From the IMG/VR virus record IMGVR_UViG_3300037479_000183: 64,000 nt of DNA. The stretch is one strand, 5' to 3'. The notes under the pieces are model-generated. The model worked only from the letters and a program-made list of their open reading frames with translations. It did not search any database and was not told the DNA's origin. Made by a program: the position numbers and the translations under genes. This DNA comes from a virus. Each line of letters begins with the position of its first letter. Position 1 is the first letter of the stretch. Shown one piece after another: positions 59,502-64,000 of the stretch.

Positions 59502-60464
59502 ATGAGATTTGTAATGCCTGAATATCCCCATATCCGCCGAATTGGAGATAGGGAGAATGAGGGAGTTTTGCGGTGCGATGCGTTGGCAATTGAGGAGAAG
59601 GTAGACGGTGCGAACTTTAGGTTTGCGCGCTTTGATGACGACCAAGAAGCGCCCCGCATTATCTTTGGAAGTCGTGAGCGGGTGCTTGGCCCCTTCCGGG
59701 GAAATGTATGGGTGAATAATAGTAGGCAATTCAAGAAGGTTATAGACTTTCTTTCTTCACGCTTAAAAGTTGAAGATTTGAATCCTTCTTTTGTTTACTT
59801 CGGGGAAGACCTCTCCCACCCACATACGGTCAAATACGATTCTGCGCCGCAGTTTGTAGGCTTTGATATAATGGCCATCGCACCCGAAGGGAGTGTTGTG
59901 GAGAGGAAAGGCGGGGCGGCATTTCTATCTACCGACGCTAAGCGCAAGGAGTTTGAAAGGCTCAGCCTAGATTTCATCGAACCTTGGAGTGTGTTGAAGA
60001 ATCCTCAGCCAGAAGAGTTGGAGGCGTTTCTAAAGCAAACAAGGTATCAAACTAAAATGCCAGAAGGCATTGTGATTAAAAACTATCAACGCCTTAATCG
60101 ATGGGGCAGACCGCTATTCGCCAAGATTGTAAATGAAGACTTTAAAGAAGTTAACAAAGCAGTTTGGCGTGGCATAAAGCGCGATAGGAATTGTGAAATG
60201 GAAATAGCAGAGGCATTTGTAACACAGCCGCGCGTAAGAAAAATCGCATTGAAGATGGTTGAGCAAGGAGATGCTGCGGCGTTGGAGATGGCGATGATGC
60301 CAACCCTCTATGCGAATGTAGTTTATAACGTGCTTCAAGAGGAGATTCATACGATTGCCGATAAGTGGCCGAGTATCGACTTCGGCCAGCTTAATAGAGA
60401 AGTCGCCAAGCAAACCGCCCGCCATTTGGAGGAGTTGATAGCGGAAAATGCTAAAGGAGAATAA
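59502..60464 (+). CDS. ATP-dependent RNA ligase, Rnl2-like
   Basis: Motif I EEKVDGANF, FGE, FVGFDI, motif IV EGIVIK, motif V FAK. Confidence 0.88.
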   Translation: MRFVMPEYPHIRRIGDRENEGVLRCDALAIEEKVDGANFRFARFDDDQEAPRIIFGSRERVLGPFRGNVWVNNSRQFKKVIDFLSSRLKVEDLNPSFVYFGEDLSHPHTVKYDSAPQFVGFDIMAIAPEGSVVERKGGAAFLSTDAKRKEFERLSLDFIEPWSVLKNPQPEELEAFLKQTRYQTKMPEGIVIKNYQRLNRWGRPLFAKIVNEDFKEVNKAVWRGIKRDRNCEMEIAEAFVTQPRVRKIALKMVEQGDAAALEMAMMPTLYANVVYNVLQEEIHTIADKWPSIDFGQLNREVAKQTARHLEELIAENAKGE

Positions 60465-60708
60465 CGCCCGCGCCGCTGTGAATCGCCTCTTGTGGGATGA
60501 GGCGTTTGTGGGGAAAAGTATAATCATCTTTTATTTGGATAGAAATCTTTTTGGCGAAGCTAAGCTTAAACCCCTTCCCCTCCACCACGTTGAGGGGGTC
60601 GGAAAACTTTTCCTTTATCTAACGGGCGATGAAGAATTTGGGATGTTGCCACTTCACCGAATACGAACAATTACTGTGGACGGAGATATGGTATGGCAGC
60701 GCGTATGA
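60448..60708 (+). CDS. MJ1316/DUF504-like RNA-repair domain protein
   Basis: IIFYLDR ... LPLHRIRTITVDGDMVWQR matches the family's P-HRI..I...G...W-R signature; overlaps the ligase stop. Confidence 0.75.
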   Translation: MLKENNARAAVNRLLWDEAFVGKSIIIFYLDRNLFGEAKLKPLPLHHVEGVGKLFLYLTGDEEFGMLPLHRIRTITVDGDMVWQRV

Positions 60709-60790
60709 GTTGTGTGAATGAGGAGCATTATAACTGCCCGAACATAGCAAGGAATGAAATGTCTGCGTGTTGCTGTTGGAGGCCAAGCTG

Positions 60791-61600
60791 ATGGGGAAGT
60801 GGAAGGTGAAAGAGTGGTGGTCAAAGGCTTATCGCCTTAATGAAATATACACTTCTGGAATGGAATTCGCTTTTGTTAGTCAAGATGGCCGACAAGTTCA
60901 TCCTTTCGCATTTTGTAAAGACTTCCTTCAAGACGTAGTTCACGCATTTGTAAATAACAAATCCCTATCCATCTACGGGCTTAACTATAAGCCCGAAAGA
61001 GACCCGCCCCCCGACCTTCACCGCACTAGAATTGTAGTGAGGAATGTGGAGTGGGAGGCTGCTGAGGCAGCTGAAAAGGCCATCAATGCGGGAAGGTTTC
61101 TAAACGCAATTGAAAGAGAAGCGGGGATTAAAAGAACGAAAGTGAAGTTTGTTGGGAATAATGAAGTTGGTGGAGGGATTGCCTGGGATGGGGCACAAAC
61201 GGAGAAAAAGACCGCCCCTGTATTCGCCTTCTTAGGAAGTTCGATATGGATGAAAGCGCCGCCGCTTCTATCCTTCTACACTTTTGCTATTCGCGCTGGT
61301 GGAAGTTATAAAGGCGGTGCGTGGAGGGAATGGCTGCGGCCTAACAATCCAGAGATTACCCTTAACGACCGAAGCTACCTTAAAGCAAGCAATAAGTTTT
61401 GGGATAGATTCCTAACAAAAGATAGGGTAAGGTGGTATTCCGCCTTATCTATGAAGAAGGCATACCCCGCCAATCTTGGCACCCACGATGTCCACGACCA
61501 AACCGGGTTTAGCACAGTTGGCGGCCTAACCGCCCCCCACGTGAAAACCTATTCCGGCCCTCTTGGAGATTGGTATAGGATGTTTATAGAAGGAGGATAA
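60791..61600 (+). CDS. Hypothetical protein (HPFAFCKDFLQD motif)
   Basis: Long ORF with an RBS; function not recognised. Confidence 0.7.
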   Translation: MGKWKVKEWWSKAYRLNEIYTSGMEFAFVSQDGRQVHPFAFCKDFLQDVVHAFVNNKSLSIYGLNYKPERDPPPDLHRTRIVVRNVEWEAAEAAEKAINAGRFLNAIEREAGIKRTKVKFVGNNEVGGGIAWDGAQTEKKTAPVFAFLGSSIWMKAPPLLSFYTFAIRAGGSYKGGAWREWLRPNNPEITLNDRSYLKASNKFWDRFLTKDRVRWYSALSMKKAYPANLGTHDVHDQTGFSTVGGLTAPHVKTYSGPLGDWYRMFIEGG

Positions 61601-61601
61601 A

Positions 61602-63397
61602 ATGACTGACAAGTGCCCCAAGTGCGGCGGAAGAGGAAAGGATTTCGTGTGCTGTTCAGACCCTACTTGCCCCCCCAACGATTGTGATGATTGTGGAGCG
61701 ACCGGCAAGGCCCGAGTCGGTGGCGGAGAGGCTGGTTCAGATGGCAAAAATGAGGAAACCCAAACGAATAAGAAAGCACAAGAGACGGCTACCGAGCAGG
61801 CAGACACTCGCGGACGAGTTATGGATGACAGTAGGAGATTGACCCCCGCGAACCCCGGCCCTGGCGAGAAGCCGCTGACGGAGGAGGAGTTGCGAGGGGT
61901 AGAACGAGGATGGCCTCTAGCAGAGAGAGCCGCCCGCGAGATTCGCTCCCTCCGCACCCGCTTGGAGCAGGCCGAGGCCCGAGTGAAGGAATTACTGACG
62001 GTGCTATCTCGCTCTACAAAAAGCGAGCAGATGGAGATGGTTCTCAGGGAGCGCGACCAAGCCCGCGCTGAGGTGGAGAGGTTCAAGAGCATCTCAGATA
62101 GTTGGATGTTGACGGCCACCGAGAGATTGCGCCGCGCCGAGGAGTTGCAGGCTCAGGTCAAGGTCTTGCGCGAGGCGCTGCGCCCATTGCTGCCCGAATG
62201 TGAGAGGTGCCCAGAGAAGAACCGGAAACCTGCTTGGTGGTTGAGCGAAGTAGCATACGAAGACGAGCCGCTGTGGACCTGCGAAGAACACCGTCTTAGG
62301 GGGTCCGGCGCTGCTGGTAGGATGCCATCTACGGAGGAAACCGCGCAAAAGACAGGATGGGCCGCGCTCGCCAAGTCAGGCAAGGAGGCGAAGCGATGAA
62401 GTGCTACTCCGAATACTGCAAGGGTTCGAGAGAGATGGAACTCATGTGGGTCTGCGAGCATTGCGGTGAGCGCAAAGACTCGACTGGCACTCTTGCTCCA
62501 GGTTACAGGGATTACTCAGGCAAGGAGGATGAGACGAAATGACCCACTACTGCCCGGCCTGCGAACTGACCTTCGATGAGGGTCCATCATCCTACCAATA
62601 CATCGACCATCTTGAGTGGCATTTGCGTCAGGATAGCGGGACGGTGATGCCCGGCCAGTTCCCCGGTCAAAGCACGACCGGCCCAGGACCGCAGTTCATC
62701 CCGACGGGATACCAGCAGGGCAACGAAGGCGCCGCCGCCAAGCCCGCGCCCCGTGAGGAGAGGCGTGAGGGGTGCGTGAGATGCGCCCTCCTCGGTCGAG
62801 AGGGACGCTTACCTGGGGGCACTCATCTCCCAGCGCACACCTGCGGAGGCACCGGGAAGCGAGCCGGGGGTGGGGAGTGATGCTAGATGTCCGGCCAGTG
62901 GTCGACACCAAGCAGACCGACCTCTATGGCAAGCGCATCTTTCTTGTCCCCCATGCCCTCGGATGGGCCATCTATCGGGTCGAGCGCCGCGCTGAAGGAA
63001 AGTAGGTGAAGGATGAATCATATCTGTTACGGCCCTGAAGGGAGACACGATTTCAAATGTCCGGGACATCCAAATGGCCACTATCTTATAATGCCATGTT
63101 GCGAGGAGCATCACAAATATATGGTTGCCGAGATGCGTTGTTGGAATTGCGCCCGTGGATACTTTGATTGCGTGAATAGCGAGCATGACTGTTGTCCCAA
63201 GTGTAAGCATGATACATTGTAAACTATGTGAGGGAACCGGGCCCGGCCTACGAATCCGTTGCCTGCTTTGTAACACCATAATTCAAAGCAAATACAGACA
63301 TGACTATGTAAAGTGTAATTGTGGACAGGCAGCCATTGATGGCGGCGACGCCTATACTCGTATTATAGGAGATAAAAGATGGTTGGAAATGTTATAG
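61602..63397 (+). CDS. Run of small hypothetical and Zn-finger ORFs (61602-62399 coiled coil, 62539-62880, 63013-63222, about 63209-63397)
   Basis: Coupled ORFs; IRCLLC..HDYVKCNCGQAAIDGG is a recurrent phage Zn-binding family. Confidence 0.6.
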
Positions 63398-63840
63398 ATA
63401 GATTTGATGGAGAACATCGGTTTCTTTCTAACTTCTACTCACACTTTCTGGGCTGGCTAGGCAGGCTTTGGCCCTCAGCCGAACACGCTTATCAATGGAG
63501 TAAGACGGACAACTTTCAATGGAAAGAACGAATCCGCCTAGCCGCCTCGCCCGGCCAGGCCAAGATATTAGGCAGGCAGGCCCCGCTGCGGCCGGGCTTT
63601 CACGAAATTAAAGTGGGAATAATGGAGGATATCATCTTTGCTAAGTTTGCCGATAAAGATTTGGCAAAGAAGTTGATTAACACAGGCGGGGCGTGGTTGA
63701 TTGAGGGCAACGATTGGGGCGATACGTTTTGGGGGGCGGTGAGGGTTGATGGGAAATGGCGCGGACAGAATCATCTCGGTAAGACGTTAATGTTAGTGCG
63801 GAATTGGTTGATGGAAAATGAGAACAGCAGATTGGTATAG
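63379..63840 (+). CDS. NADAR (YbiA-like) hydrolase
   Basis: FLSNFY, WPSAEHAYQ..K, AKF..LINTG..LIE..DTFWG..GQNHLGKTLMLVR. Confidence 0.93.
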   Translation: MVGNVIDRFDGEHRFLSNFYSHFLGWLGRLWPSAEHAYQWSKTDNFQWKERIRLAASPGQAKILGRQAPLRPGFHEIKVGIMEDIIFAKFADKDLAKKLINTGGAWLIEGNDWGDTFWGAVRVDGKWRGQNHLGKTLMLVRNWLMENENSRLV

Positions 63841-64000
63841 GGCAATTCTAGAAGAGATTAATCGCCAAGAATACAACGGGCTGCTAACCATCCCCGACGT
63901 GTTCTTTGCGAAAAGGTTGGTTGGCACGAAGATTATGGCGGCGGTGGAGTGGGGAATGGAGACAAGCAATTTCATACCAGTCGTCAAGCAGGTCATACTA
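63818..64000 (+). CDS. Hypothetical protein, truncated by the window end
   Basis: Open frame MRTADWYRAILEE... runs to position 64000. Confidence 0.5.
   Translation, partial: MRTADWYRAILEEINRQEYNGLLTIPDVFFAKRLVGTKIMAAVEWGMETSNFIPVVKQVIL

Noticed and set aside
61526-62119. 197-aa minus-strand ORF, and similar antisense ORFs such as 29067-29660 and 27827-28297
   Set aside because: They are shadows of well-supported genes on the opposite strand.
1-64000. Alternative genetic code, integrase/provirus, DGR or retron, rRNA
   Set aside because: Long genes are intact under the standard code, and I recognised no tyrosine/serine recombinase, reverse transcriptase or rRNA motifs in this window.

Overview
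This window is most of the genome of a tailed dsDNA virus (Caudoviricetes, siphovirus-like), very probably infecting an archaeon. The host inference rests on dozens of BRE+TATA-type promoters, GGTGA/GAGGTG ribosome-binding sites, tRNAs without encoded CCA and a membrane-anchored LonB protease. The minus strand from about 0.4 to 35.8 kb is the morphogenesis operon. Read in transcription order it carries terminase, glycosyltransferase and methyltransferase, portal, small membrane proteins with LonB, protease-scaffold, major capsid protein, an accessory fibre/glycosylation block, neck genes, two paralogous tail-tube genes, a frameshifted tail chaperone, tape measure and tail tip. From 35.8 to 43.4 kb lies a GC-rich regulatory and early region of tiny minus-strand genes embedded in a very dense, highly ordered promoter array. 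That array includes seven promoters with an upstream motif at invariant spacing, five face-to-face TATA pairs, and palindromic operator/origin-like sites. The plus strand from 43.4 to 64 kb holds candidate structured RNAs, three GUN-anticodon tRNAs (Asp, Asn, His), a GNAT and a deaminase. It also holds a six-gene amide/peptide-ligase cluster (two GS-fold ligases each followed by an Ntn glutamine amidotransferase, plus a RimK-like ATP-grasp), a Cas4-like nuclease, an Rnl2 ligase next to an MJ1316-like protein, and a NADAR protein. I recognised no polymerase, helicase, integrase, CRISPR array or rRNA in the window. All protein calls come from motif recognition by eye, not database searches.
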